A DNA stretch of 64,000 nucleotides from Acidobacteriota bacterium. GTDB lineage: Bacteria > Acidobacteriota > Thermoanaerobaculia > Thermoanaerobaculales > Thermoanaerobaculaceae. The DNA is taken from the NCBI GenBank assembly GCA_016213675.1, contig JACQZW010000034.1, forward strand, positions 143,403-207,402, written 5' to 3'. The position numbers and the translations under genes were made by a program. Every line of letters begins with the position of its first letter. Within the stretch, counting starts at the first letter, position 1. Below, piece after piece: positions 37,834 to 47,430 of the stretch. The notes beneath the pieces are model-generated. The model ran no database searches, was not told the origin of the DNA, and saw nothing but the letters and a program-made list of their open reading frames with translations.

Positions 37834-37975
37834 GGACGACCTCCAGTCACGCGATCCTACTCTTGGAGAACGCCAACGGCCGCGACGACCGCACACCCTC
37901 GACCGGAGCTCGGGTCCGGGGTGACCCCGGTCACGGGTCGGCTGGAACCTTCAGGCCTCCTCGTACGTCTTTACA

Positions 37976-38278
37976 GTGACGGCCGACAGACGCAGGAGAC
38001 TCGGTTGGGGAGAACGGGCGGCCGTCGTGGCGGAGGCAGTCATGGGATCGGTGGCGCACGAGCTCAACAGTCAAGTTCGCTCCCAGGTCGGGCACGGTGG
38101 GCTTCTCGTGCCGATCATCGCAGACTGGGGCGAGGCGGCAGCGGTTGTGATGGTGGAGTTCGCCAGGTCCCCGCGGGTCGGCGACTCGTTCCGCTTTCAG
38201 GGCCGTGACTGGGTGATCACCCGGGCCCGGGACCACGCCCGGACCTGTGTGGCCCGGCCGGTCCGACGCCGTTGTTGA
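37976..38278 (+). CDS. Small hypothetical protein (100 aa)
   Basis: Moderate GC3 bias and no known motifs. Intergenic position between convergent and divergent neighbours. Confidence 0.25.
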   Translation: MTADRRRRLGWGERAAVVAEAVMGSVAHELNSQVRSQVGHGGLLVPIIADWGEAAAVVMVEFARSPRVGDSFRFQGRDWVITRARDHARTCVARPVRRRC

Positions 38279-38428
38279 TCACGCCCACGCTGCGTGATCC
38301 GGGGGATCGCAGGGGGGCCGTCCAAGGTGCCCGCGAACGGCTGACTGCGGCGTACGCCCGGACCCTGCGACCGTTCTGCCCGCCTTCGCATCCTTGAGGG
38401 CAGGGACCGGAACGGTTCTCACCTGGAG

Positions 38429-39928
38429 GTGGGCATGAATCGTGGCTCGCTCGGACACTGGGGGATCGTCGGCTCGTTGGCGTTCGCTGCCGCGCAGATC
38501 ATGGCGCCGCCGAGCCTCGCGCAGGGGACAGTGACTGCGGGCGACACGGCCGTGCCGTCGACCGAGGCCGGACGGTGCGCGACGGCGTACCTCGCCGCCT
38601 TCAATGCCGGCGAGGACGCGATGCGGCGCTTCTTCCTCGACTGGGCTTCCGCGGAGTCGCTGGCCGAGCGCCCGGTCGATGTGCGGCTCGGGATCTACGG
38701 CCGACTTCGGCAGGATCTCGGCCAGCTCGCTGCGCGACGTGTCGTCTCCAGCTCCGATGGCTCGCTGACCGTCCTGGCCGAAGGTCGCGACGACCTGTGG
38801 GTGGAGCTCACCTTGGTGATGACCGGCGACGCACCGCGCCGGCTTGCCGGCATCCGCGTGGAGCAGGCCGAGCCAGGCGGGGACACCCCGTCGCAAGGCA
38901 CGCCGCTGGCGATCGGCGAGCTTGCCGGCCAGGCCGAGCGTCTGGTCGCTGAGGCGGTCGGGAAGGACGAGTTCTCCGGCGCCGTCCTGCTCGCCAGAGA
39001 CGGGGCGGTGCTCCTCGAGAAGGCATGGGGTCAGGCGAACAAGAGCCATGGGGTCGCCAACCGGGTCGACACCAAGTTCTGTCTCGGCTCGATCAACAAG
39101 CTCTTCACCCGGATCGTCGTCCTGCAGCTCGAGGCGCAGGGCCGGCTCTTGCTCGACGACCCGCTGGGCAAGCACCTGCCGGACTATCCGAACCGCGATG
39201 CGGCGACCAGGGTCACGATCCGCCACCTCCTCGACATGACCTCGGGGATCGGCGACTTCTTCAACGAGAAGTTCGATGCGATGCCGAAGGACCGGCTGCG
39301 CACGACGGCCGACTATCTCCGGCTCTTCGCATCCGATCCGCTGCTCTTCGCGCCGGGCAGCCAGCGTCGCTACTCCAACGGCGGTTACGTGGTCCTCGGC
39401 GCCGTCATCGAAAAGGTCACCGGCCGCAGCTACTACGACGTCGTGCGGGCGCAGGTGTTCGCACCGGCCGGGATGACCGACACCGACTCGTACGAGGTCG
39501 ATGTCCCGGTGCCCAACCTGGCGACCGGCTACACACGGGAGGGCGGTCGTGACGAGGGTTGGCGGAGCAACGTCTACACCAAGCCGGCGCGGGGCAGCTC
39601 CGCGGGCGGAGGCTACTCGACCCTGCGCGACCTGCTCCGCTTCACCGCGGCGCTCACCGAAGGGACGCTGCTGTCCCGCCCGTACACCGCGTGGGTTCTC
39701 GGCGGCCCGGAGCCGGGAGCGGGGACGGCAGACGCCCGCTCCGGCGGAGGGCAGGGCCTCGGGGTGGCCGGTGGTGCCCCGGGCATGAACGCCGTGCTCG
39801 ACGTCGACCTCGACGCCGGGTTCACCCTGGTGGTTCTTTCCAACTACGACCCGCCGGCTGCCGAGCGAGTTGCCCGACAGATCAGGGCCCTGTTGCGGCG
39901 CGTGCGATCGGGCCCTTCCGCCGATTGA
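38429..39928 (+). CDS. Serine hydrolase of the beta-lactamase/transpeptidase-like family (class C-type / DD-peptidase-like)
   Basis: Signal peptide, SxxK motif (LGSINKLFT), YSNGGY (YxN motif) and a later GGGYST region. Confidence 0.75.
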   Translation: MGMNRGSLGHWGIVGSLAFAAAQIMAPPSLAQGTVTAGDTAVPSTEAGRCATAYLAAFNAGEDAMRRFFLDWASAESLAERPVDVRLGIYGRLRQDLGQLAARRVVSSSDGSLTVLAEGRDDLWVELTLVMTGDAPRRLAGIRVEQAEPGGDTPSQGTPLAIGELAGQAERLVAEAVGKDEFSGAVLLARDGAVLLEKAWGQANKSHGVANRVDTKFCLGSINKLFTRIVVLQLEAQGRLLLDDPLGKHLPDYPNRDAATRVTIRHLLDMTSGIGDFFNEKFDAMPKDRLRTTADYLRLFASDPLLFAPGSQRRYSNGGYVVLGAVIEKVTGRSYYDVVRAQVFAPAGMTDTDSYEVDVPVPNLATGYTREGGRDEGWRSNVYTKPARGSSAGGGYSTLRDLLRFTAALTEGTLLSRPYTAWVLGGPEPGAGTADARSGGGQGLGVAGGAPGMNAVLDVDLDAGFTLVVLSNYDPPAAERVARQIRALLRRVRSGPSAD

Positions 39929-40023
39929 CTTCGGAGGCGCCCGGCGAGTAACCTCCCGTTTGATGGTCTTGAGTTTCAGTCGCGGACGATGGGAGTCCGG
40001 CCGTAGCGCCGGGTTGTAGGGCC

Positions 40024-41103
40024 ATGGCGACGCGCGCGGCCATCCCGTCGATCGACCTCGCCCTCGACTTCGAACCGCGGTCGCGGTACGACGCGATCGA
40101 CGTCAACGTCCAGATTCGCGAACGGTACGGTGACGTGCTGGCGCCGTTCGGGCGCGCGGCGTACTGCTCCCTCCACACCACCGCGGGGTACCTGGACCAG
40201 AGCTTGTCGGCGCGATTGGACCACCGGCGGGAGCGTCTCGACCCGTTCATCCGTGCATTCCAGGTGCTCTTCCCGGCCGGGGCGGGCTACCGACACGACC
40301 GGCTCGAGGAGCGCCGCGAGTTGTCGGAGGAGCAGCGCCGGATCGAGCCGAGGAACGCCGACTCGCACCTGGCGTTCATCGCGTCCGGCCTGCGCAACTG
40401 CGTGACCTACGTGCGGCGCCCGGACGAGCCCGTCTACTTCATGGACCTCGACGGGGTGAGCGGCGACATCGTGCGCCGACGGCAGACGCGGGTGATCGCG
40501 TTCAACCGGGAGCGGGTGGTGGCCCGGGCGCGGATCGCCCTCCCGGTGTCCGGCCATCCCATCGACTCGCTGAACCTCGCCGACCCGCGGTGCGGCGTCA
40601 TGCCGCTCGGTGAAGAGCTCATGACCGCGCACGGCATCTCCCGTGGTCGGCTGGACATCGGCCTGGACCCGACAGAGCGCGACGCGGGCGTGACGGTCAA
40701 CGAGTACGAGACGCTGCTGATGCGGCACGACCTGGCCGAGGTGCTCGCTGATCCGCTGCGCTTCCTGGCCCGGCAGGGCCGGCGGATGTTGCAGGAGCCG
40801 CGAGTGATCGCGGCGAAGAGCCTCGGCTACGCGAAGTACGACCTCGTGCACCTGCTCAACGAGCTGATGGATGCGCTCTGCGTCTCCGAGTCGGCGGTCG
40901 AGCGGCTCGTCGCCAGGGTCATGGCGCTGCCGGCCTCCCGCTTCCTGCGCCTGAAGCGGGGGATCAGCCTACTGGTGGCCGACAGGGGCTCTGGAGGGCC
41001 GACGATCGTCCGTGGAACCTACCAGAGCCCCATCCTCATCCAGTGGAGCGCGCCGCCTGGTCGGACGCGCGTCCTCCAGCTCACGCTCACCGAGTTCGTC
41101 TGA
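40024..41103 (+). CDS. UPF0047/YjbQ-family protein with two tandem YjbQ-like domains
   Basis: Domain 1 (AAYCSLHTTAGYL...NADSHLAFIASGLRNCVTYV) and a degenerate domain 2 ending in the characteristic GTYQSPILIQ...RVLQLTLTEFV. 359 aa versus about 140 aa for single-domain YjbQ. Confidence 0.5.
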   Translation: MATRAAIPSIDLALDFEPRSRYDAIDVNVQIRERYGDVLAPFGRAAYCSLHTTAGYLDQSLSARLDHRRERLDPFIRAFQVLFPAGAGYRHDRLEERRELSEEQRRIEPRNADSHLAFIASGLRNCVTYVRRPDEPVYFMDLDGVSGDIVRRRQTRVIAFNRERVVARARIALPVSGHPIDSLNLADPRCGVMPLGEELMTAHGISRGRLDIGLDPTERDAGVTVNEYETLLMRHDLAEVLADPLRFLARQGRRMLQEPRVIAAKSLGYAKYDLVHLLNELMDALCVSESAVERLVARVMALPASRFLRLKRGISLLVADRGSGGPTIVRGTYQSPILIQWSAPPGRTRVLQLTLTEFV

Positions 41104-41157
41104 GCCGGCGCGCCGGGACGACTCGGGACCCGCAGCGACCAAGGGAGAAGCGTCCGC

Positions 41158-41949
41158 ATGTCGAACCGCCCAATGACCGCCGACCTCCAACGCGTCGTCG
41201 TGATCGGTCCCGGCGAGGTGGGACGGCGCCTGATGCGTGCGCTCGCGACGGCCGGCGTCCAGGCGAATCCCGTCACCCGGGACATCGGCTGGGAGGCGAT
41301 CGCCGGCTCCGGCGCCGCACCGATCCTCGTGTGTGTCCGCGAGGAGGCGCTGCCAGCCGTGTTCGATCGGCTCGGTGGCGTGGACCCCGATCGCCTCGTC
41401 CTGGTCCAGAACGGCTGGATCCGACCCCTGCTGGGCGGGTGGGAGTCGGCGAGCCGGGCCCTGATCTGGTTCACCTCCAAGGGCGAGTTCTTTCGCGAGC
41501 TCCGGCCCAGCCTCTTCGGCGGGACGCTGGCCGGACCCCTGGTCGCTGCGCTGCACCGGGGTGGTCTGGACGTCGCCGCCGTCGGCGATCCGGAGTTCCG
41601 CGCCGCCGAAGCCGAAAAGATGGGCTTCAACTGCGTGGTCGGCCTGCCGCTGGCGGTGCATGGCGTGTCACTTGCCGAGTACCTGGACCAATGGACCGAC
41701 GAGGCCCACGCACTGTTCGACGAGAGCACGACGGTCTGCGCCCGCGCCCTCGGCGTCGATCCGGCGCCGGGATGGTGGCACGAGTTCCGGCGCGCCGTCG
41801 CGCCCATCGGCTGGGTGCGTGCCGCGTCGGCGAAGGCCCTGAAGTTCCGGAACGGCGCCGTGCTCCGTCTCGCCGACGACTTCGGCATCGGAGTCCCCGT
41901 GACCGCCCGCCTCCTCGCCGCCGCCGGCTATCGCCCGGACGAACCGTAG
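41158..41949 (+). CDS. NAD(P)-binding Rossmann-fold protein (ApbA/PanE-like N-terminus), function unknown
   Basis: N-terminal dinucleotide-binding motif (VVVIGPGEVGRRL). No further recognisable catalytic motif. Confidence 0.4.
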   Translation: MSNRPMTADLQRVVVIGPGEVGRRLMRALATAGVQANPVTRDIGWEAIAGSGAAPILVCVREEALPAVFDRLGGVDPDRLVLVQNGWIRPLLGGWESASRALIWFTSKGEFFRELRPSLFGGTLAGPLVAALHRGGLDVAAVGDPEFRAAEAEKMGFNCVVGLPLAVHGVSLAEYLDQWTDEAHALFDESTTVCARALGVDPAPGWWHEFRRAVAPIGWVRAASAKALKFRNGAVLRLADDFGIGVPVTARLLAAAGYRPDEP

Positions 41950-42063
41950 AGCGCGCCGCGCGAGACGCTCCACCTGTCCCATGTTCCCGGGTGAGCGGGC
42001 GGGGCATTGTGATACCTTTCCCGAGTGAAGCACTTCCGTCGCGCGTCCGGCGAGGAGGCCTCG

Positions 42064-43449
42064 ATGAACCCCAACGTCAAGAAGCTCGCGATCCTGGCCG
42101 GAGGCGGCCCGGCGCCGGGAATCAACAGCGTGATCGGTGCGGCGGCGATCCGAGCCGCCCTGTCCGGCTCCGAGGTGATCGGCATCCTCGACGGCTTCAA
42201 GTGGATCATGGAAGGCAACGTCGATCACATCATGCCCCTGACCATCGAGGGCGTGTCGCGCATCCACTTCCGCGGCGGCTCCCACATCGGCATCTCCCGC
42301 GCCAACCCGACCAAGCACGACCAGCACTTGGAGAACAGCGTCATCTCCCTGCTTCGCCTCAACGTCGACCGGCTGATCACGATCGGCGGCGACGACACCG
42401 CCTTCTCCGCCTACAAGCTCAACGAGCGCAGCCAGGGCCGCATCCGCGTCGTCCACGTGCCGAAGACGATCGACAACGACCTCGAGCTCCCGGCCGGCGG
42501 CAACACCTTCGGATTCCAGACCGCCCGCCACATCGGGGTCGGCATCGTCCGGGACCTCATGGTCGACGCCAAGGCGACGTCGCGCTGGTACCTCGTGGTC
42601 ACGATGGGTCGCAAGGTCGGGCACCTCGCCCTCGGGATCGGCAAGGCGGCGGGCGCGGCGCTCACGCTCATCCCCGAGGAGTTCGGCGAGCGCGTCCCGC
42701 TCAAGACCATCGTCGACACCCTGCTCGGGGCGATGATCAAGCGGATGAGCTACGGCATGCCGCACGGCGTGGCCGTTCTCGCCGAGGGGCTCGTGGAGGC
42801 CGTCGACCCGGCGGAGCTGGAGGAGGTGGGCGGGGCCGAGCGGGACGCCCACGGCAACCTCCGGATGGCCGAGGTGAACCTCGGCGAAATCCTCAAGGCC
42901 AAGGTCCTCGAGCAGCTCAAGCGCTACCACATCAACACCACCGTGGTCGCCAAGAACATCGGCTACGAGCTGCGCTGCGCCGATCCGATCCCCCTCGACA
43001 TGGAGTACACCCGCGACCTCGGCTACTACGCCGCGCAGTACCTCGCCGAGGGGGGCAGCGGCGTGGTGATCGCCGTCGAGGGCGACCACTTCAAGGCGCT
43101 GCCGTTCTCGGAGAACATCGATCCCAAGACCGGCAAGACCAAGCTCCGCATGGTGGACGTCAACTCCGAGCGCTACCGGGTCGCCCGCCGCTACATGATC
43201 CGGCTCAACCGCGAGGACTTCGAGGACATGCACCAGGTGGCCAAGCTCGCCGCGACGGCAGGGATCTCGCTGGCCCAGTTCCGCCGCGAGTTCGCGTACC
43301 TCGTGGAGCACGAGCCGGCGCCGGTGAAGCTGATCACCGGGACCCTCCCGGGGCACGAGGTGGCGTCGGACCTTCTTCCGGAGGCCGAGCCGCTCGTCCA
43401 GCCTGCCAGCGGTCAGCGGCGAGCCAGGCGACGGCTGACCGCCGGCTGA
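42064..43449 (+). CDS. pfk: 6-phosphofructokinase (long PFK-A family; possibly PPi-dependent)
   Basis: LAILAGGGPAPGINSVI, GGDDT and PKTIDNDL motifs. Trimmed to M14. 462 aa suggests the long/PPi-PFK group. Confidence 0.85.
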   Translation: MNPNVKKLAILAGGGPAPGINSVIGAAAIRAALSGSEVIGILDGFKWIMEGNVDHIMPLTIEGVSRIHFRGGSHIGISRANPTKHDQHLENSVISLLRLNVDRLITIGGDDTAFSAYKLNERSQGRIRVVHVPKTIDNDLELPAGGNTFGFQTARHIGVGIVRDLMVDAKATSRWYLVVTMGRKVGHLALGIGKAAGAALTLIPEEFGERVPLKTIVDTLLGAMIKRMSYGMPHGVAVLAEGLVEAVDPAELEEVGGAERDAHGNLRMAEVNLGEILKAKVLEQLKRYHINTTVVAKNIGYELRCADPIPLDMEYTRDLGYYAAQYLAEGGSGVVIAVEGDHFKALPFSENIDPKTGKTKLRMVDVNSERYRVARRYMIRLNREDFEDMHQVAKLAATAGISLAQFRREFAYLVEHEPAPVKLITGTLPGHEVASDLLPEAEPLVQPASGQRRARRRLTAG

Positions 43450-43465
43450 GGGGGCGGAGGTACGC

Positions 43466-44278
43466 ATGCGGCGCGTGGTCTTCAACCAGAAGGGCGGCGT
43501 CGGCAAGTCCACGATCGTGTGCAACCTGGCTGCGATCTCGGCGGCGCGGGGGATTCGCACGCTGGTCGTCGACCTCGATCCGCAGGCCAACACGACCCAC
43601 TACCTCCTCGGTCGCGACCGTGCCGAAGCGCGCCCGAACCTGGCCGACTTCTTCGACCAGACGCTGTCGTTCCGGTTGTTCCGCGAGGGCAGTCGAGCCT
43701 TCGTCCACGAGACGCCGTTCCCGCACCTCGCCGTCGCTCCGGCCCATCCCGACCTCCACGACCTCCTCGGGAAGCTCGAGTCGCACCACAAGATCTACAA
43801 GCTCCGCGACCTGCTGAACGATCTCGACGGCTTCGACGCCGTGTGGATCGACACCCCGCCGGCGCTCAACTTCTTCACGCTGTCGGCGCTGATCGCCGCC
43901 GAGCGCTGCCTGATCCCGTTCGACTGCGACGACTTCTCCCGCCGCGCGCTGTACACACTGCTCGACTCGGTGCACGAGGTCCGCGAGGACCACAACCGGG
44001 AGCTCGAGGTCGAGGGCATCGTGGTCAACCAGTACCAGTCGCGGGCGCTCTTGCCGCAGCGCCTAGTCGACGAGCTGATCGCCGAAGGGTTGCCGGTGCT
44101 GCGGCCGTTCCTCCGTTCGTCGGTCAAGGTTCGCGAGTCGCACCAGGCGGGCCGGCCGCTCATCCACCTGGCGCCGACCCACAAGCTGACGGGCGACTTC
44201 GAGGCGCTCCTCGACGCGTTGAGCTCGAAGCGGAGCACGCGCAAGGTGCGCACGAAGCCCCGCGGCGGCACGGCGTAG
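43466..44278 (+). CDS. ParA/MinD-family P-loop ATPase
   Basis: Deviant Walker A (FNQKGGVGKST) and LVVDLDPQAN. No parB follows. Confidence 0.8.
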   Translation: MRRVVFNQKGGVGKSTIVCNLAAISAARGIRTLVVDLDPQANTTHYLLGRDRAEARPNLADFFDQTLSFRLFREGSRAFVHETPFPHLAVAPAHPDLHDLLGKLESHHKIYKLRDLLNDLDGFDAVWIDTPPALNFFTLSALIAAERCLIPFDCDDFSRRALYTLLDSVHEVREDHNRELEVEGIVVNQYQSRALLPQRLVDELIAEGLPVLRPFLRSSVKVRESHQAGRPLIHLAPTHKLTGDFEALLDALSSKRSTRKVRTKPRGGTA

Positions 44279-44290
44279 CCCACAACGCCG

Positions 44291-44343
44291 CCTGAGCCTC
44301 AACCCTCAGGCCCCAAGCCTCAAGCCTCAAGCCCCAAGCCCCG
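44291..44343. repeat. Imperfect tandem heptamer repeat (CAAGCCY, about 6-7 copies) between convergent genes
   Basis: cctgagcctcaaccctcaggccccaagcctcaagcctcaagccccaagcccc, read directly in the parA-SDR intergenic spacer. Confidence 0.6.
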
Positions 44344-44346
44344 TTT

Positions 44347-45165
44347 CTACCCCTTGTCCCCCGGCTCCCGCCGGTAGGGCTTGCCGCGACCGAGGATCCA
44401 GGCGACGAGCGGGGCGCAGTGCCGGGACAGGAAGACCGCGAGCTTGCCGTGGCCGGTGATCACGGCCTCGCGGCGACGCCGGGCGATGGCGCGGGCGATC
44501 TTGCGGGCGGCGACGTCGGCGGGCATCCGCAGCCAGCCCGGGATCGGGTCGGCGGCGTGCTCGTGGAGGACGCCGCGGTTGTCGATCTTGCGGATCTCCG
44601 AGTCGACGAACCCCGGCGCGACGTGGACGATGGCCACGCCCTCGGTCTTCAGCTCGGCGCGCAGCGACTCGGCGAGGGCGCGAACGGCGAACTTCGACAT
44701 CGCGTACGGCGAGGCGCCCGGCGTGGCGACGAAGCCGGTGACGCTGCCGACGATCGCCAGCGTCCCGCGCGTCGCCTTCAAGAACGGCACCACCGCCTGC
44801 GCCGTGCGGATGACGCCGAAGACGTTGGTCTCGAACTGGCGGCGATAGTCGTCGACCACGAGCTTGTCGAAGCGCTTGGCGATGCCGAAGCCGGCGTTGG
44901 CGACCGCGACGTCGATCCGCCCGAGCCGCTCGGCGACGTGCTGGACGGCGCGCTCGAGGTCGCCGTCGCGGGTGACGTCGCACTGGACCGCGAGCGCTTC
45001 GACGCCGAGGGCGCGGAGCTCGACGGCGAGGGTCTCGAGCCGATCGGTCCGGCGCGCCAGCAGCGCCACGGAGGCCCCTTGCCGCGCCAGCTCGCGGGCG
45101 AGCGCCTCACCGATCCCCGACGACGCGCCGGTGACGAGGGCGACCTTGCCTTCGAGTCGCTTCAT
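44347..45165 (-). CDS. Short-chain dehydrogenase/reductase (SDR)
   Basis: TGASSGIGEA cofactor motif, NAGFG, and catalytic YAMSK (YxxxK). Trimmed to M146 of the 417-aa ORF-table entry. Confidence 0.85.
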   Translation of the reverse strand: MKRLEGKVALVTGASSGIGEALARELARQGASVALLARRTDRLETLAVELRALGVEALAVQCDVTRDGDLERAVQHVAERLGRIDVAVANAGFGIAKRFDKLVVDDYRRQFETNVFGVIRTAQAVVPFLKATRGTLAIVGSVTGFVATPGASPYAMSKFAVRALAESLRAELKTEGVAIVHVAPGFVDSEIRKIDNRGVLHEHAADPIPGWLRMPADVAARKIARAIARRRREAVITGHGKLAVFLSRHCAPLVAWILGRGKPYRREPGDKG

Positions 45166-45176
45166 CGCCCGTCTCC

Positions 45177-45764
45177 TCAGGTGCCGGCCGGCGGGTAGGG
45201 AGGCTTGCTCCAGTTGATCGGCCCCTTCTCGAAGCGGAGGACCAGCCGGTACAGGACGACGTCCCACGCCCGCTCGAAGTAGGCGTGCGCCTGCGGCCAC
45301 TCGCCGCCGGTGCGCCAGCCGAGGTGCGTCAAGGTGAGGCGGGTCCTGCCGCCGCCGGCGTCGTCGAAGCGGACCACCACCCAGGTCTTCTCCTGCCGGA
45401 TCGACGGCAGCTTCGGCGGGTTGTTCCAGTCGAACGACAGCATCTCGCCGGGCAGGTACGACACGATGCGGCACCCCTCGCTGCCGCGCCCCCCCTCGTT
45501 GGCCTCGGGATCGAAGAGCATCTCGTACGGGCCCCCGATGCGGAGCTCCATGTTGGCGTCGGGGGCGAAGAACGACCGCACCCCAGCGAGGGTCGTCCAC
45601 GCCTCGAAGACCTGCGCCGGCGTGGCCGGGACCGTGACCTCCTTCCGGATCGGCTCGGTGCCGGGTTCACCCGCGGGTACCCCGGCGAAGATGGCCGCCG
45701 GGACGAGCGAGCAGAGCGCCGCCACGACGAGGCCTGAGCTCACGAACGGGAATTGCGTGGTCAT
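45177..45764 (-). CDS. SRPBCC-superfamily (Aha1/BetV1-like) protein with signal peptide
   Basis: Signal peptide (VVAALCSLVPAAIFAGVPAG), then AHSA1-like features (VPATPAQVFEAWTT...SFDWNNP...RTRLTLTHLGW). Confidence 0.6.
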   Translation of the reverse strand: MTTQFPFVSSGLVVAALCSLVPAAIFAGVPAGEPGTEPIRKEVTVPATPAQVFEAWTTLAGVRSFFAPDANMELRIGGPYEMLFDPEANEGGRGSEGCRIVSYLPGEMLSFDWNNPPKLPSIRQEKTWVVVRFDDAGGGRTRLTLTHLGWRTGGEWPQAHAYFERAWDVVLYRLVLRFEKGPINWSKPPYPPAGT

Positions 45765-45847
45765 CCGTGAAGCGTACCAGCCTCGCCCCCGGTGCGCGAC
45801 CGGCGGGATGGGGGTAGCATGGAAGAAAGCTCACGACGGAGGCACCG

Positions 45848-47272
45848 ATGAGGAGAGCGGCACCGGTCTGGTTGGTCGCGATCATGGTGGCCACGGCGGC
45901 GGGCGCCAACTTCTGCGCCCGCGACAACGTGCCTTCGGCCACCTTGCTCTTCCCGTTCATCGCCGTCGACCTGGACGTCGCCGGGGTGCCCGACTCGACC
46001 GGCGAGACCACCATCTCGCGGGTCACCAACGCGTCGCACCAGGCCGTCGTCGTCCACGTCACGGTGTGGGACGTCGAGGGGACGCCGCACGCGGTCTTCA
46101 ACGAGATCCTGTCCGGCTACGACGTCCTGCAGATCAACTGGCGCGACTTTCTGAACGGCCGTTTCGACTACTTCGACACGGCGCACACCGACTTCACCGC
46201 CACTCTGCCCTGGACACTCGACCCATTCGAGTGGGGCCCGGACGGCCGAGACGATACCTCCCAGTCAGGCTCCGACCCCTACGGGGCAGGCGAGCCGCGG
46301 AGCACGGTCACGGCGTCGCAGTGTCCGATGGGGCCGCCGTACGGCAACCGCTCCGAGCTCGCTCCGGTCCTGCGCAGCCTGTTCGCGGGATCGCTGGCGG
46401 CCCGCGAGCACGGCGGTTGTGGGGGCCTCTACAGCCTGCGATCGACTCGCCTTGGGTTGTGGGAGTCGGCGCGGACGACCCCGCTGGTGTTCTACGCGAC
46501 GGTCGATGTGGTCGCGGGCTGTACCGACCTGTTCCCGAGTCAAGCCGCCTACTTCGCTGGCGTCGCGCGGAACGACAACGTGCTGTTCGGCGAGGTCATC
46601 TACCTCGACGCTCAGAGCGGGTACTCGGAGATGATGCCCGCGGTGCACATCGAGGCGGCCAGCGGGGCGACCGGCGGTGCTTCGGTCACCGGCTTCTACG
46701 AGGAGCGGACGGCCGGGACCGAGACCTACCGGGAGCCCCTCGCGACTGCGCTGGCGTTCTCCTACGCCGACGACACCGCTGCCGGCATCACTTCCGAGGC
46801 GATCGTGTGGAAGAACCACTCCGAGTTCGCCGGGGAGCCGGACCCAGTGACCGGGGCCCAGGCGATCTGCGATCTCGGGTCTTACGTCTACTACGCCTGG
46901 GACATGGATGAACGCTCTCTGGCAACGAGGGACCTCATATGCGACCCAGGCCCCTGCATCCTCTACGACCCGAACCAGCTCCCGTTCATCACCCAGCGCG
47001 TCCCGTTGGTGAGCAACTACTTCGACCTGCCCGGCGCCTACGGCTGGATGCTCCTGGTCTTTCCCCCGTCGTACGACCAGCCGTTCGCCGATCGCACCCC
47101 GGAGCCGTACGGCTACCTCACCCACCCGACGATGGGCTGGGCCGCGCTGCGCTTCGAGTGGGGCGGGTACTCGTGCGGCAGCGATGCCATCACCATGTCC
47201 AACGCGCTGTGCTTCCCGACCCAGGTGATGCCGAACCTCGGGACCAACGACGGCACTGCGCCGATCCGCTGA
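45848..47272 (+). CDS. Secreted Cys-containing protein of unknown function, paralog A (474 aa)
   Basis: Signal peptide (WLVAIMVATAAGANFCA); no recognisable domain. About 75-80% identical to the downstream paralog, with near-identical termini. Confidence 0.7.
   Translation: MRRAAPVWLVAIMVATAAGANFCARDNVPSATLLFPFIAVDLDVAGVPDSTGETTISRVTNASHQAVVVHVTVWDVEGTPHAVFNEILSGYDVLQINWRDFLNGRFDYFDTAHTDFTATLPWTLDPFEWGPDGRDDTSQSGSDPYGAGEPRSTVTASQCPMGPPYGNRSELAPVLRSLFAGSLAAREHGGCGGLYSLRSTRLGLWESARTTPLVFYATVDVVAGCTDLFPSQAAYFAGVARNDNVLFGEVIYLDAQSGYSEMMPAVHIEAASGATGGASVTGFYEERTAGTETYREPLATALAFSYADDTAAGITSEAIVWKNHSEFAGEPDPVTGAQAICDLGSYVYYAWDMDERSLATRDLICDPGPCILYDPNQLPFITQRVPLVSNYFDLPGAYGWMLLVFPPSYDQPFADRTPEPYGYLTHPTMGWAALRFEWGGYSCGSDAITMSNALCFPTQVMPNLGTNDGTAPIR
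45905..46205 (+). repeat. Direct repeat / gene-conversion tract (5' parts of paralogs A and B, about 95% nt identity; copy at about 47488-47788)
   Basis: ggcgccaacttctgcgcccgcgacaacgtgccttcggccac...gtcttcaacgagatcctgtc occurs almost verbatim in both genes. A second near-identical tract covers the last ~290 nt of each gene (about 46980-47272 and 48560-48852). Coordinates are approximate. Confidence 0.7.
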
Positions 47273-47430
47273 CCCCGGCCTCGCCCTCCGAAGGGTCGCG
47301 TTCCCGACGGACGGCAGAGGTGTGAGCGCCGTCATCGCCGCCTGAGCCCCGTGTCCCGATCGGGGCAAGCGCGGGAAGCCCCTCGCCCGGGGGTGTACGA
47401 TCAGGGCACTGACATTGACAGGAGGTCGTC

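Noticed and set aside
37976-38278. Considered whether the 100-aa ORF is a toxin/antitoxin or regulatory peptide
   Set aside because: No partner gene, no recognisable fold or motif. Kept only as a low-confidence hypothetical CDS.
47400-47430. TTGACA hexamer immediately upstream of the paralog B start codon
   Set aside because: It lies only about 14 nt before the ATG and overlaps the RBS (ggagg), which is too close to be a -35 element for this gene. Probably a chance match.
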